The translations under genes were made by a program, and so were the position numbers. Positions 49,669 to 60,081 of a stretch of 64,000 bases of DNA are shown piece after piece. Position 1 is the first letter of the stretch, and every line of letters begins with the position of its first letter. Location of the stretch: the NCBI GenBank assembly GCA_963728405.1, contig CAVSJV010000002.1:272743-336742 (forward strand). Direction: 5' to 3'. This DNA comes from Methanomassiliicoccaceae archaeon (GTDB lineage: Archaea > Thermoplasmatota > Thermoplasmata > Methanomassiliicoccales > Methanomassiliicoccaceae). The notes under the pieces were generated by a model. The model was not told where the DNA came from. It searched no databases and worked only from the letters and a program-made list of their open reading frames with translations.

Positions 49669-51606
49669 CTACGGAGCTTGGGGCAGCAACACGACAAAGC
49701 GCGACCCTTTGGTATGGTCTCCGGGCACACGGTCCTCGATCCATATCCGACCCCCTGTTCCCAGGACGATGTTTAGGGCTAGGAATAGGCCCAGGCCTTT
49801 CCCCGGAGCCTTAGATGCACCTCGTTCGCCCTTTCTGAACAATCTGCCCTTCACCTCGTCGGGGATGCCGGGACCATTGTCGGTGACATCGACCCGGATA
49901 TAGTCCTGCCCCTGGAGAACATAGGGGTGGACCGAGATGTCCACCTGGACCTTTTGGGTCGAGTGTTTGATGGCATTGCCGATCAGGTTGAAGAACAGGT
50001 CCCTCAATAGCTCGGTCCCGACCACTGTAGCATGGTCTATGGGGTGATAGACTATCTCCACCCTATTATCCTCTCTGGCCTTGGCCTGGTCGATGACCTC
50101 TCCGAGGACGGCGTTGAGATCGATGGAAGCTTTGTCCAGTGATAGGGACCTTGATTCCTGCACCTTTCGTATGGTATCGATCAGCTTGATCGATTCGTCC
50201 AAGGAGGTCTCGGCCCGTTCGAGCCAGCGCTCGAGTCGCTCATCCAGCCCTCCCGCATCATCCATCAACTGTAGATAACCTGAGACGGAGGCGAGAGAGT
50301 TGCTGATGTCATGGGTCAGTAGATCGATATAGAATTCGGCCCTTGCCTTGGCCTCCCCCAGCTCCCGCTCCAATCTTATCTGTTCGGTGATGTCCTGCTG
50401 GACCCCCACCCCCCCGATGGTCTCCCCCCTCTCATTTGTTATTGGCGCAGCGGAGTTGAGGATCGTTCCGGTCCGGCCATCCATCCGTTCGATGTCAATG
50501 ACGGCCCCCAGTGTGGTCTGCCCATACTTGAGGGCCATGACCACCGGGCATTCGAGCACCGGTTCGCCGGTGTCCGCCCACCAGGCCTTTAGGCTGCACA
50601 GGTCCTCGATGTTCTCAGTAGGTATAGGGTGCCCTCCCCAGATCCTTTCGCGTAAGGCGTTAGATTCCAGCTCTTTGCCGTGGGCATCAGTGATCAGTAT
50701 GCCCACCGGGAGGGTATCCATAATGGTCCGAAGCCGAAACCGCTCTTCCTGCGCCATCTGCTCCGACCGCTTGACCGCCTGATGGGCTTGAGCATTGGCG
50801 AGCCCGCTGGCGATCCTTTCCGCCGCAACCAACATCAAGGAGTTTTCCCGAGGGCTCTCGGGATGAGGGCCGAGCCAATCGACCTCCACCACGCCTCTGG
50901 CCTGACCAGCTATGTTCAAAGGTGCTTTAAGGACGGTCCTTTTCACGCTTCCTTCGCGGTCCCGGAGCTCATAGAAGACCGGCGAGTTGGTGTTGAGGGC
51001 CATGGTGTTGAGCATTCTCTCGGCATCCCGATACTCGGAGGAATCGATGCCCTGGCAATAGCCCACCTCCTTTTTTACGACCAATGCGCCCCCATCCTCC
51101 AGCATCTGGGCGGCCCGGTCGGCCTCCATCTCCGTCATTAGGGTCCTTAGCAACATTTCTAACAGCGATCCCGGGTCGAGAGTGGATCCCGCGGCGCTTG
51201 CTACCCTCTCTAGTGCGTGGAGATCGTTCTCCGTTCGTTTCCGTTCGATGGCGAAGAAGATGGAGCGGACCAGGCTGTTCGGGCGAATTTCATCCTTTAT
51301 CAGGTAGTCTTGCACCCCGGCCTGGATGGCCCTCCGAGCGAAGATCTCATCGGCGCTCCCAGTCAAGATGACCACGGGGGTCGTCGGTACTACTTCCTGC
51401 ACGGAGGCAACAGTATCGAACCCTTTGCTATCTGGAAGGTTCAGGTCCAGTAAGATGACCTTGAACCTTTCTTGGGAGAGGCGAGCCAGGGCGGGCGCTA
51501 GCCGGGGCTCGATATGCAGATCTAGGAATGGGTCTCCAGCCTCCTCCAGGGCCTCTTCCACTAGGCCGGCGTCACCAGGATTGTCCTCGATGAGGAGGAT
51601 CTTCAT
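49669..51606 (-). CDS. Sensor histidine kinase REC-GAF-PAS-HisKA-HATPase
   Basis: ILLIEDNPGD, LDLNLPDS, GAF-like segment, PAS, LLTHDISN, NLIGNAIKH, DNGPGIP, GLGL. Confidence 0.9.
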   Translation of the reverse strand: MKILLIEDNPGDAGLVEEALEEAGDPFLDLHIEPRLAPALARLSQERFKVILLDLNLPDSKGFDTVASVQEVVPTTPVVILTGSADEIFARRAIQAGVQDYLIKDEIRPNSLVRSIFFAIERKRTENDLHALERVASAAGSTLDPGSLLEMLLRTLMTEMEADRAAQMLEDGGALVVKKEVGYCQGIDSSEYRDAERMLNTMALNTNSPVFYELRDREGSVKRTVLKAPLNIAGQARGVVEVDWLGPHPESPRENSLMLVAAERIASGLANAQAHQAVKRSEQMAQEERFRLRTIMDTLPVGILITDAHGKELESNALRERIWGGHPIPTENIEDLCSLKAWWADTGEPVLECPVVMALKYGQTTLGAVIDIERMDGRTGTILNSAAPITNERGETIGGVGVQQDITEQIRLERELGEAKARAEFYIDLLTHDISNSLASVSGYLQLMDDAGGLDERLERWLERAETSLDESIKLIDTIRKVQESRSLSLDKASIDLNAVLGEVIDQAKAREDNRVEIVYHPIDHATVVGTELLRDLFFNLIGNAIKHSTQKVQVDISVHPYVLQGQDYIRVDVTDNGPGIPDEVKGRLFRKGERGASKAPGKGLGLFLALNIVLGTGGRIWIEDRVPGDHTKGSRFVVLLPQAP

Positions 51607-51854
51607 CACCCCCTCCTTAGATCTATGCCTGAGCAGCTCCGAGATCATCTTCCCTACAATTACTTGGAGCAGGGCAGATTTAATGCTAATCAGATGAAAA
51701 GTCAAGACCGTGCTGAACAACGGGATACCTTTACCGGTCGATACGAGGTCGTGCATTAGTCTGGAGTGAGGCTGAATTGCCTTACGAGGGCCAGATCCGG
51801 ACCTGGCGGTATCTATTTTTGCCTCTCAAGCATTACAATAATCGAGGAGATGAC

Positions 51855-53639
51855 ATGGACCACGAACAGAAATGGGACCTATCACAGCTCGTCAAGGATG
51901 TCGATACGGATCATATCATTGCTCAACTGGATCGGCTTGTCGCCGAAGCGGGAAGGTTCAGACAGAAGTACCAAGGCAAGATAGTTGCTCTTGATGCCGC
52001 TGGGTTGCTGTCCTTCTTCAACGAAAGGGACGCTCTCTACCTGAGATTCGAAGGAGATATGACGTACTGCCAGCTGTCGTACTCGGCCAATTCGACCGAA
52101 GTGCTGGCCAAGCGGTTGAACGATGCCGTGCGCAAGGCCGGCACTAGGGCCGGGCAGGAGATGGCCTTTGCCGATATCGAGTTCGGGGAGCTCCTCCGGT
52201 CCAAGCCCCAGCTGGTGGATGACCCCCTGCTGAAAGAATACCATCATTATCTGGAGAAGGTTTTGGCGCGGGTCCCTCATCTCCTTTCGGAGACGGAGGA
52301 GAGGCTGATCATGGCCAAGGACCAGAACGGCGTTGACGCCTGGTCCCAGCTGCAGCAGGACTGGCTCTCCACCCGTATGTTCCACATGGAGGTAGATGGA
52401 AAGGAGAAGGATCTGGCCTACGGCGAGATCGTCAGCTATTACTCCGACCCGGACCCCAAGAAGAGAAAGGGTGCCAACAGCATAGTGTATTCCAGTCTTG
52501 GAAAGGATGAGATAGTATGGGCCTCGGCAGTGCGGTCCATATGCAGCGACCATCTCCAGATGTGTGAATGGCGGAAGCACTCCCATCCCCTCGACCCGAG
52601 CCTGTTGGACAACGATGTGGATCGAGCGTCCATCGATGCGCTCATGTTAACCATGCGCAAGAACGCGGGGATCTATCACCGGTATCTTCATCTAAAGGCC
52701 AAGCTACTTGGCTCGGAAAAGCTGGGCAACTGGGACCTATCGGCCCCGCTGCCGAACGCTCCAGATAAGAAGTACTCATGGAGCGAAGCGCGCAACGTGA
52801 TCACAGCCGCCTACTCCTCCTTTGACCCTCAGTTCGCGGAGTGGGTGGGGGATATGTACGACCGTCGGCACCTGGACGGCGAGCCACGTAAGGGGAAGGC
52901 AAGCGGAGCGTTCTGTAGCTACTGGTATTCGGGCAAGAGCGCCTATATCCTACAGAGCTTCAATGGTCGGCGGAGCGACGTCTACACGCAGGCCCATGAG
53001 CTGGGCCATGCCATCCATGCTTATCTGGCGTCCCGGGCCCAAAAGCTTAGCAACTTCAGCGCAGGCTCGTGCATCGCGGAGACCGGTTCGATCTTCGGTG
53101 AACTGCTCCTTACAGACCAGCTGCTCAAGGAATCGACATCCAAGGAGGAGCGGTTAGCAGTTTTGGACACCGTGTGGGATGAGTTCGGGATGGCCGCCTT
53201 CCAGGTCAGCGCCCGGTTCCACTTCGAGCAGAGCCTGTATGACGCCATCAAGGCCGGCCGGTTCCTGGACGGCGAGACGGTTGCAGAGCTGTGGACAACA
53301 GCCAGGAACGACGTCTATGGTGATGCGGTGGAATGGCTTCCGGAGATGAAGTGGGAGTGGACCATGAAGATGCATTACTACATTCCCAACTACAGGTTCT
53401 ACAACTATCCCTACGTCTTCGCCCAGCTGTTCGTCTTCGCCCTGTACCGCCTGTACAGGGAGCAGGGAAAGGCCTTTGTTCCAAAGATGAAGGCGCTGTT
53501 GGCGGCCGGTTCCAGCCGTTCTCCGGCAGAGCTGGCGGCGGAGCAGGGCTTCGATATAAGGACCGAGGAGTTTTGGCAAAAAGGGATCGATCAGGCTGAA
53601 GAGTTCCTTCAATTGATGGAAAAGGACGTCAAGGGCTGA
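51855..53639 (+). CDS. pepF: Oligoendopeptidase F (peptidase M3B)
   Basis: WDLS.L, GK.SGAFC, AHELGHAIH, AETGSIFGE, HYY..FYNYPY.F. Start ATG 51855 after GAGGAG. Confidence 0.92.
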   Translation: MDHEQKWDLSQLVKDVDTDHIIAQLDRLVAEAGRFRQKYQGKIVALDAAGLLSFFNERDALYLRFEGDMTYCQLSYSANSTEVLAKRLNDAVRKAGTRAGQEMAFADIEFGELLRSKPQLVDDPLLKEYHHYLEKVLARVPHLLSETEERLIMAKDQNGVDAWSQLQQDWLSTRMFHMEVDGKEKDLAYGEIVSYYSDPDPKKRKGANSIVYSSLGKDEIVWASAVRSICSDHLQMCEWRKHSHPLDPSLLDNDVDRASIDALMLTMRKNAGIYHRYLHLKAKLLGSEKLGNWDLSAPLPNAPDKKYSWSEARNVITAAYSSFDPQFAEWVGDMYDRRHLDGEPRKGKASGAFCSYWYSGKSAYILQSFNGRRSDVYTQAHELGHAIHAYLASRAQKLSNFSAGSCIAETGSIFGELLLTDQLLKESTSKEERLAVLDTVWDEFGMAAFQVSARFHFEQSLYDAIKAGRFLDGETVAELWTTARNDVYGDAVEWLPEMKWEWTMKMHYYIPNYRFYNYPYVFAQLFVFALYRLYREQGKAFVPKMKALLAAGSSRSPAELAAEQGFDIRTEEFWQKGIDQAEEFLQLMEKDVKG

Positions 53640-53678
53640 TCGGAGAAGGCGAAGGATCTGGGTGAGGGAAACGACGGC

Positions 53679-53935
53679 TCAGCTCCTCCGCCTTATGAAC
53701 AGCAATGCAACGGCAGCAACGGCGGCCAGAACTCCGGCCGGAAGCTCCATCAATATGGCCGTTCCCGAGTGAATTGCCAGGACCGTTCCGACCTCGAAGA
53801 GGCCAAGACCTTTGTCCAGGACGAGCAGGATGAGCACCGGGAACAACGGCCGACGATGAACCAGCGAGTGGTCTAGTCGATGAGGTATGCCCTCAGCAAG
53901 CTCTTTCCAGGGTCGGCCCCATCTTCCTTGCTCAC
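53679..53935 (-). pseudogene. MFS transporter remnant
   Basis: ..RAYLID(TAG)TTRWF.. then frameshift to FPVLILLVLDKGLGLFEVGTVLAIHSGTAILMELPAG (MFS TM1-2 pattern) joined directly to a C-terminal-like LLFIRRRS stop. Confidence 0.55.
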
Positions 53936-54166
53936 GAGCTGGTTATCGCGGTCCGGTTAATGATGGATGAAGATTGCGTTAATGTAAGAACGTTCGGAAG
54001 GAATCCTGGACCGAGGTACCGCGCTGGTATGGCCGGCCAGATGGAGAAAACAATCATGGCCGTACCTGATTCTCTTGCAGACACATTGGGAAGGGCCTAA
54101 ATGGGCTGAAAATTCGAAAGGATGGAGCTGGCGAGAGCCACCCGAAACAACAGGAGAGAAAGGGAC

Positions 54167-54253
54167 ATGGCCACCAAATCGATCCATGAGGATAAAGTCG
54201 AAGCCGGCCAGGAAGGGGAATCGGCACCTCATGAAAGCCTTGGACGCGAATGA
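54167..54253 (+). CDS. 28-aa mini-paralogue or remnant of the downstream Em/KGG-like protein
   Basis: MATKSIHEDKVEAGQEGESAPHES aligns with MSNRSTHEKLSDAGRKG...PHEA; both share a CAGGAGAGA leader. Confidence 0.4.
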   Translation: MATKSIHEDKVEAGQEGESAPHESLGRE

Positions 54254-54543
54254 ATCTATCCCCCCATAATGGGGGAAAGTGAGGGACAGGGGGCGTCAAC
54301 CATTCCAACTTTTGATTTTATTTGTCACTCATTGTTGTGCGACCATCGAGACAACAATTTCAAGAAGCCAATCCTCGTCCTTGAGCATCCCCTTTCGCCG
54401 CATCATATCATCGTTATCCTGGCCGACCTCTGCGATATCTGCGAATGGGCGACCTAGGCCCCCGCAGACCTTGCGGTCAACTCATTTATATGGTGAGGGT
54501 GGACGTGGTTCTGACGGGCCAAACCGTCAGGAGAGAGGAATAG

Positions 54544-54990
54544 ATGTCAAATAGATCAACGCACGAGAAGTTGTCCGACGCCGGACGGAAAGGGGCCGAG
54601 GAGAGGTGGTCAGAGGGGCGGGAGATCAGCGACAGTACTCGGGCCAAGCTCTCCGAGGCCGGAAGAAAGGGCGCAGAGGCCCAGCCGCACGAGGCCAAGG
54701 TTCGAGGGGGCGAAAGAGGCGCAGAGGTGAGATGGTCCCAGGGTAGGGAGATATCCGATGAAACGAGAGAAAAACTATCTCAGGCCGGCAGGAAGGGTGC
54801 TGCCGCCGAGCCTCGCGAGGCCAAGGTCAAGGGTGGAAAACATGCCGCGGAGGAACGCTGGGGGCCGGGAGGTTCGGGGATCAGCGAGGAGACCCGCGAG
54901 AAGCTCTCTGAGGCAGGCAGGCGGGGAGCGGAGGCTCAACCTAGGGAGGCCAAGGTCAAGGGTGGCGAACGGTCTCACCATAATGACTGA
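54544..54990 (+). CDS. Hydrophilic repeat protein (Em/LEA-5, GsiB/KGG-like)
   Basis: Three 42-43 aa units AEERW..GREISDETREKLSEAGRKGAEAQPREAKVKGG. Confidence 0.8.
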   Translation: MSNRSTHEKLSDAGRKGAEERWSEGREISDSTRAKLSEAGRKGAEAQPHEAKVRGGERGAEVRWSQGREISDETREKLSQAGRKGAAAEPREAKVKGGKHAAEERWGPGGSGISEETREKLSEAGRRGAEAQPREAKVKGGERSHHND

Positions 54991-55111
54991 ACCGTTCCGG
55001 AAATGGGAGCATCCGCTCTCAAACCTATTCTCACTGCCCATAGGTGAATGATCAAATGACATTGCTTATGAGAAAGGCTTATTTTGAACAGGCTCACAAA
55101 GGAGAAGACCA

Positions 55112-55507
55112 ATGGTAGGTAGCCAACGGGGAACGGTCAGGGCCAAAGCCTGGACCGCTCTTGGAACGCTCTTCGTAGGCTTTGGGGCCGTAGGCATTTT
55201 CCTGCCCCTGTTGCCCACCACACCATTCCTGCTCTTGGCCGCGGGCTGCTTTGCGAAGGGGTCGCCCAGGGCATATCGCTGGTTGACCGAGAATCGTTTT
55301 TTTGGTTCCCACCTGAAGAGCTATCGTGAGGGTCGCGGTATCTCCAGAAGAGGCAAGATCGCCTCTCTGAGCTCACTTTACTTGGTATTGGGGCTCTCCG
55401 TCCTCCTGATGCAGGTCGATCTTTTGGGAGCCGTTGTACTGCTGGGCGTGGCGGTAGCCGTCAGTTTACACATCCTGACCCTCAGGACGGCCGAGGCCCT
55501 GGAATGA
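55112..55507 (+). CDS. YbaN/DUF454 membrane protein
   Basis: GIFLPLLPTTPFLLLAA.CF..GSPR..RWL...FG. Confidence 0.9.
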   Translation: MVGSQRGTVRAKAWTALGTLFVGFGAVGIFLPLLPTTPFLLLAAGCFAKGSPRAYRWLTENRFFGSHLKSYREGRGISRRGKIASLSSLYLVLGLSVLLMQVDLLGAVVLLGVAVAVSLHILTLRTAEALE

Positions 55508-55522
55508 TGGAGGTCCGATCGT

Positions 55523-55951
55523 TCATACTGGCGGCATCAACACGGTATCGATGGCGTGAATGACTCCATTCTTAGCAGGGATGTCGGCATGGATAACGGT
55601 TGCTTCATTCACCTTCACGCCGTCACAGGTATCGATGCGGAGCGTGGCCCCGTTTACTGTTCTGGCAGTGTGGTTCTTGATGGTGTCAACCGCCATGATC
55701 TTACCCGGGACCAAATGATAGGTCAGAACATCAATGAGCTTGGTCTTGTCCCTCAGGAGGCTGTCGACGGTGCCTTTGGGCAACTTGTTGAACGCCTCAT
55801 CGGTAGGGGCAAAAATAGTGTAAGGTCCCTCATCCTGAAGTGTTTCTTCCAGCCCGGCAGCGCGAATGGCAGCAATGAGCGTTTTAAAGTTACCCGCCTC
55901 TAAGGTTGTCTGGAAAATGTTCTTTTCCTTAAATCTGCTGAACAGTGGCAT
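55523..55951 (-). CDS. Fasciclin (FAS1) domain protein, no obvious signal peptide
   Basis: FKTL.AA..AAGL, GPYTIFAPTDEAF, LTYHLVPG, NGVIHAIDTVL. Confidence 0.93.
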   Translation of the reverse strand: MPLFSRFKEKNIFQTTLEAGNFKTLIAAIRAAGLEETLQDEGPYTIFAPTDEAFNKLPKGTVDSLLRDKTKLIDVLTYHLVPGKIMAVDTIKNHTARTVNGATLRIDTCDGVKVNEATVIHADIPAKNGVIHAIDTVLMPPV

Positions 55952-56140
55952 GTACTCCCTTATATATTTCTATGGCTGGAGAATAGTAATAAGGATTTTG
56001 TTATAGCCCCCTATGGGCCAAGATGGAGTAAGCTGTGCCACTCAGATCGGAAAATGGCCGTTCGTTCTATTTACAGTGTGATCATTTAAAAAATGATCAT
56101 TGACCTTGATACTTCTCGACCGACCCATATAAAATAGAGA

Positions 56141-56494
56141 TCATTTTTTGGGTTGCTCCAAGATCCTGCCCAGCTCCTCGTCCAGCTTCTTCAATGTCGA
56201 CCGTACCACCGCCGGCGGTCTTACTTCCATCGCGAGCGCGTTCCTGGGACATAGGTGGGTACATCGACCACATCCCCTGCAAAGGCGTTCGTCGATGACG
56301 GCTCGTCTGTCCACCACGGAGATCGCATTCATGCGGCAGAATCGTTTCTTGACGCAGGAACCACAGCCGGTACAACGTTCCGGCCGGACGAGGATGTGCA
56401 TACCAGGAACCCGGGCGTATCTTAGGGCCAGGTCCTTGGAGAGGTTGGCGACGGACCGCCCGATAACGGCTATGGGATCATTGACCATGGACAT
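56141..56494 (-). CDS. 2x[4Fe-4S] ferredoxin-domain protein
   Basis: CTGCGSC....C and CRGCGRC...CP. Confidence 0.8.
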   Translation of the reverse strand: MSMVNDPIAVIGRSVANLSKDLALRYARVPGMHILVRPERCTGCGSCVKKRFCRMNAISVVDRRAVIDERLCRGCGRCTHLCPRNALAMEVRPPAVVRSTLKKLDEELGRILEQPKK

Positions 56495-56607
56495 CAGCAA
56501 TTGTTGGCCGATCACCACCCCGGGACCGGACCTTCTTGTTCTGAGCACGAAGAACGTACTTATGCCTGACTACAAAAGGACTTGAACGACGAAATGATCC
56601 TTCATGA

Positions 56608-56850
56608 ATGCACCATGTTCGGGGGTTGACAACTTTTCTATACACTACTAAGATAGCGGATGTGGCATTCCACCTTATGATGGGTCCGGGATCTTCGAGC
56701 AAGGATTCGGGAAAGGCACCAGACTCGGCCATTTCCTTTCAAGGGAGATACTCGCCATTACAGGGACCAAGATCAAGGAGACCAGCCGATCGGGGGAAGG
56801 TGCTCGGTTCAAGTTGACGATCCCCCAGGGCAAGTATCGGTTCGGAACCA
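56608..56850 (+). pseudogene. Decayed histidine kinase HATPase C-terminus
   Basis: DGSG-IFEQGFGKGTRLGHFLSREILAITGTKIKETSRSGEGARFKLTIPQGKYRF matches the methanogen HK tail pattern GFGKNTGLGLFLSREILSITG...GARF; GLGL is degraded and there is no upstream gene body. Confidence 0.65.
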
Positions 56851-57173
56851 TGGTCGAACAATCGATTGCCTGCAGCGATCTTAAGAGCATTGCTATTACG
56901 GCCGCGATCGCATGCAACTGATCGTCGCTGTGACCCCATCTATTTCGCAGGGGAAAGAACTCACTCACTTTTGGACACCCCCTGATAAGAAGATTATGTG
57001 TCGCGGTCACCAAGCTAATCTTTCATTCTATAATAATATCTGATTTTGAAAACAGATATGACTGAAGAGAGGTGCATCAATTAAAAGAACAATATTATTA
57101 CAAGACATGGTTAATAAAACAATCGAAAATGATGTTGAATAATGTCGATTGGTCATGACACAATTATATTTAA

Positions 57174-57869
57174 ATGACCTCAGTTAAAATATCGGTGGTA
57201 TTGATCAACGGAGTAAAATGCCCGATATGCCAAGAAAGGCTCACCGGTGATAATGCCGAGGAATTGAGCGCTAGATTGAGAACGCACATGGCCGACCTTC
57301 ATAAGATGAAGGAGATCTCAACGCCCATGGGGGAGAGCGCAGGCACGAAACGACCTTCGTTCACCGCCCCTGAAAGTAAGACCGAGCGGGAGGTTTACAC
57401 CTTCAGCGGAAAGAGTGAGTCCGACCTCAGTCCCCGTGCTGTGGAACAGAGGCAGGAGGTAACCCAATTCCGCGAACCCGGGAGAACGGAGACCCAGTTG
57501 GAGAAGGAGGTCACCACCTTCAACCGGAGCGATACCTCTGAAGACTCCAAGCTTCGTCAGGAGGTTGACCGGTGGAAATACCCCACTGGGCAAGAGTCGA
57601 AGACGGAGAAGCAAGTGGAAACATTCTCTGGGAGAGAGCCGAGCATGGAGAGTGAGGAAAAGCGTCTCAAGAGCGAGGAGGTCGATGAGTGGAAGTATCC
57701 CCGGACCGGTCCGGAGGGTGAGCGCGGACCGATAACGAACCGCAAGCCAATGGCATTGATGCTAAACTGTCCGATCTGCGGTAACCCCGTATACGGCAGC
57801 GACGACGAGGACCTTTCCGACGAGCTTCGCTTCCACTTCAAGGACCTGCATGGCATCCGGCGCAAGTAA
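57174..57869 (+). CDS. Twin zinc-finger protein (Z6) with triplicated linker repeat
   Basis: CPIC-x18-HMADLH and CPIC-x18-HFKDLH; three ES.TE.EV.TF...EV..W.YP units. Start possibly TTG at 57201. Confidence 0.85.
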   Translation: MTSVKISVVLINGVKCPICQERLTGDNAEELSARLRTHMADLHKMKEISTPMGESAGTKRPSFTAPESKTEREVYTFSGKSESDLSPRAVEQRQEVTQFREPGRTETQLEKEVTTFNRSDTSEDSKLRQEVDRWKYPTGQESKTEKQVETFSGREPSMESEEKRLKSEEVDEWKYPRTGPEGERGPITNRKPMALMLNCPICGNPVYGSDDEDLSDELRFHFKDLHGIRRK

Positions 57870-57922
57870 GTGCGCCAGACAAACTCTTTCCACCTTTTTT
57901 GACCAGCGCCCTATGATCGGGG

Positions 57923-58877
57923 TCACGCCGCCGTGTATCGAAGGAGCAGCTTCACCCCTCCGGTATTGGCGTCGCAACTTACCTCAAAGTTCGAAGTGCC
58001 CGGATAGTTCTGCGATGTCAGATCGGCACTTGTGCCATTAAAACCGGTCTGCTCGACCACGTTCACTCCCCCCAGGTTGGCATGCGAAAGGACATGAGCT
58101 GAGTTGTCTCCCTGGATGTTCATGGTGAGGTCAACTCCCCCTAGGTTCGTGGAGGTGCTGACGGTCACGTTCCCTCCCAGGGGTTCAGCCTGCGTAAAGG
58201 TGGCCTCGACCCCTCCTGTCGACGCTTTCAGATCGATGCTGGCACTGTTGGTGGCGTGCACATCGGCCCATTGCAGGACAACCCCTCCCAGGGATGCCTC
58301 CATGTTCAGGGGACCGCTGAGGGTCGAGTTACTGGCCATCATCAATCGTGACCCACCGGTGGATGTCCTGATGTTGACCGAGGTCAGCTCTATCCCGCTT
58401 CCCGCCTGAACATCCACACTGCCCAGATCATTGGTGATCGTCAGCGCTGTCCGTAGCTGCCTGGATATGAGCACCGTGCAATTGATCTTATTAGTGGAGA
58501 ACGGTCCGAGATCGCCCGCGCATCTTGAGCGACGAGGAGACCGTGGTGGTACTCCCTTCGGTGCCCTCCGACCAGGTCACATTCATTGGTTGGTCCGTTC
58601 CCAGCAGACCAGAACGCTGGCTTCCGGTGACGGACAGTGCGACGGCGTTGACGGCATCATCGACGAAGAGCACCTCTACCTGACCCATATCGGTGGTGAA
58701 GGTGAAGTTCAGCGTTTCCACACCTGATCCCAGGGCGGCTTGGCGGGACTCGTTGATCTTGACCTCCCGGAACGGTATGACGACCAATGCCAGTATGGCG
58801 AGAATGATGATGACCACCACAACGATGGCGATGATCGCACCGATCAGTCCCCGGCGGTCCTGGGAAAGGTGGGGCAT
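57923..58877 (-). CDS. Membrane-anchored beta-repeat (DUF4097/adhesin-like) surface protein, frameshift near 58520
   Basis: DRRG-LIGAIIAIVVVVIII N-terminus (class III signal-like); repeated ..T.TGGV / NLGGV beta units. Confidence 0.7.
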
Positions 58878-59018
58878 TACCTTTGATACTGTAGGAAGAT
58901 TGCCTTTAACTTTATGCGAACGAAGCATTATCGGAAATAATGATCCTGAAAGGGTGCGGGCTTGGATCAGGATCTTATGTGGATAGGATAAAGACACTGT
59001 TGTCTTATCCGAGGTCCT

Positions 59019-60072
59019 ATGGAAAGGCCCGAGCTCCACGGGGAGATAGAGACCGAGCTTACTCTGACCAAGGGACAGATGGAGCTGCTGAAGGGACGGT
59101 TCGTCCCTTTGGGAAGAGCGGCGCTGGTCCTGGTCGTCCTGGCCGGCCTCAACCTTCTTGCTTTCATCCTGACCCCTTCGTATGGTGCCATCTGGATCGC
59201 CTCCTCCCTTCTGGTCTGCCTGGTCCTGTCGGTCCTGGCGTTCCTGCCGACCACCCGCTCGACCGCGGGCATCGGGGGCATATTCGTACCGTTTAACAAG
59301 CTCCGCAACATCCGGGGGTCCAACAAGAAGGTGCTGGCCGCACTATTGCTCTCCTCGTTCCTGGTGGGAGGTGTTCCGATGGTACCAGGTATGCTGGTCC
59401 TGCTGGGCCTGAGCATCCTGTTCGCTCTAGCCGCTCTGCTGACCGTCCCCTCGCTGTTGCTACCCATGGCCTGGATAGTTGTACAATCCTTGCTGATGAT
59501 AGGCTTTTATCTCTGGCTCTTCCGTCTTCGTCCGTTCTCGGCGGATTTTCTGAAATATGTTGTAAACACGGTACTTAGGCTGAGAGAACGGTCAAAAGGG
59601 CGGAATCTCCGTGGGGAGGTCGAGTTCGGGCTTTTGATCATATCCTCGGCGGCCCTCCTCATCGGGGTGTTCATCCTCCCGGGCTTCTCGCTCAAGCTCA
59701 TCGCCATGGAACCAGGGGATATCCTGGCTCATTTTGTAGCGCCGTTCCTCCTGGTCATTGCGACCCAGATGATCATCGTTCGGGGCTGGCAAGTCGAGGA
59801 GAGCAGGAGGTGGGCCGAGGGCTTCCTCCTGAACAAATTGGACATATTGCAACGTCTGAAGGATGAAGCTGGCATCGGACGGTACCGACCTGGAACAGTT
59901 AAGGGAGCGCTTGCTGGTCACAAGGATCCTCCGTCTTCAAAGCCACGATATCTTCGGCCACCTACCGATATTCTCGTTCTTCCCAGACCTTGAGATCCTG
60001 CTTAACAAGGACCTCCAGGAGGAACTCGCGGGCATTACTCCTGATGAGGCGTTAAGGACCACTGGTTTCTGA
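59019..60072 (+). CDS. Multi-pass membrane protein, frameshift near 59870
   Basis: About 6 TM helices in ORF 59019; continues in ORF 59863 (HDIFGHLPIF..FPDL). Confidence 0.65.
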
Positions 60073-60081
60073 TCGGCCGGA

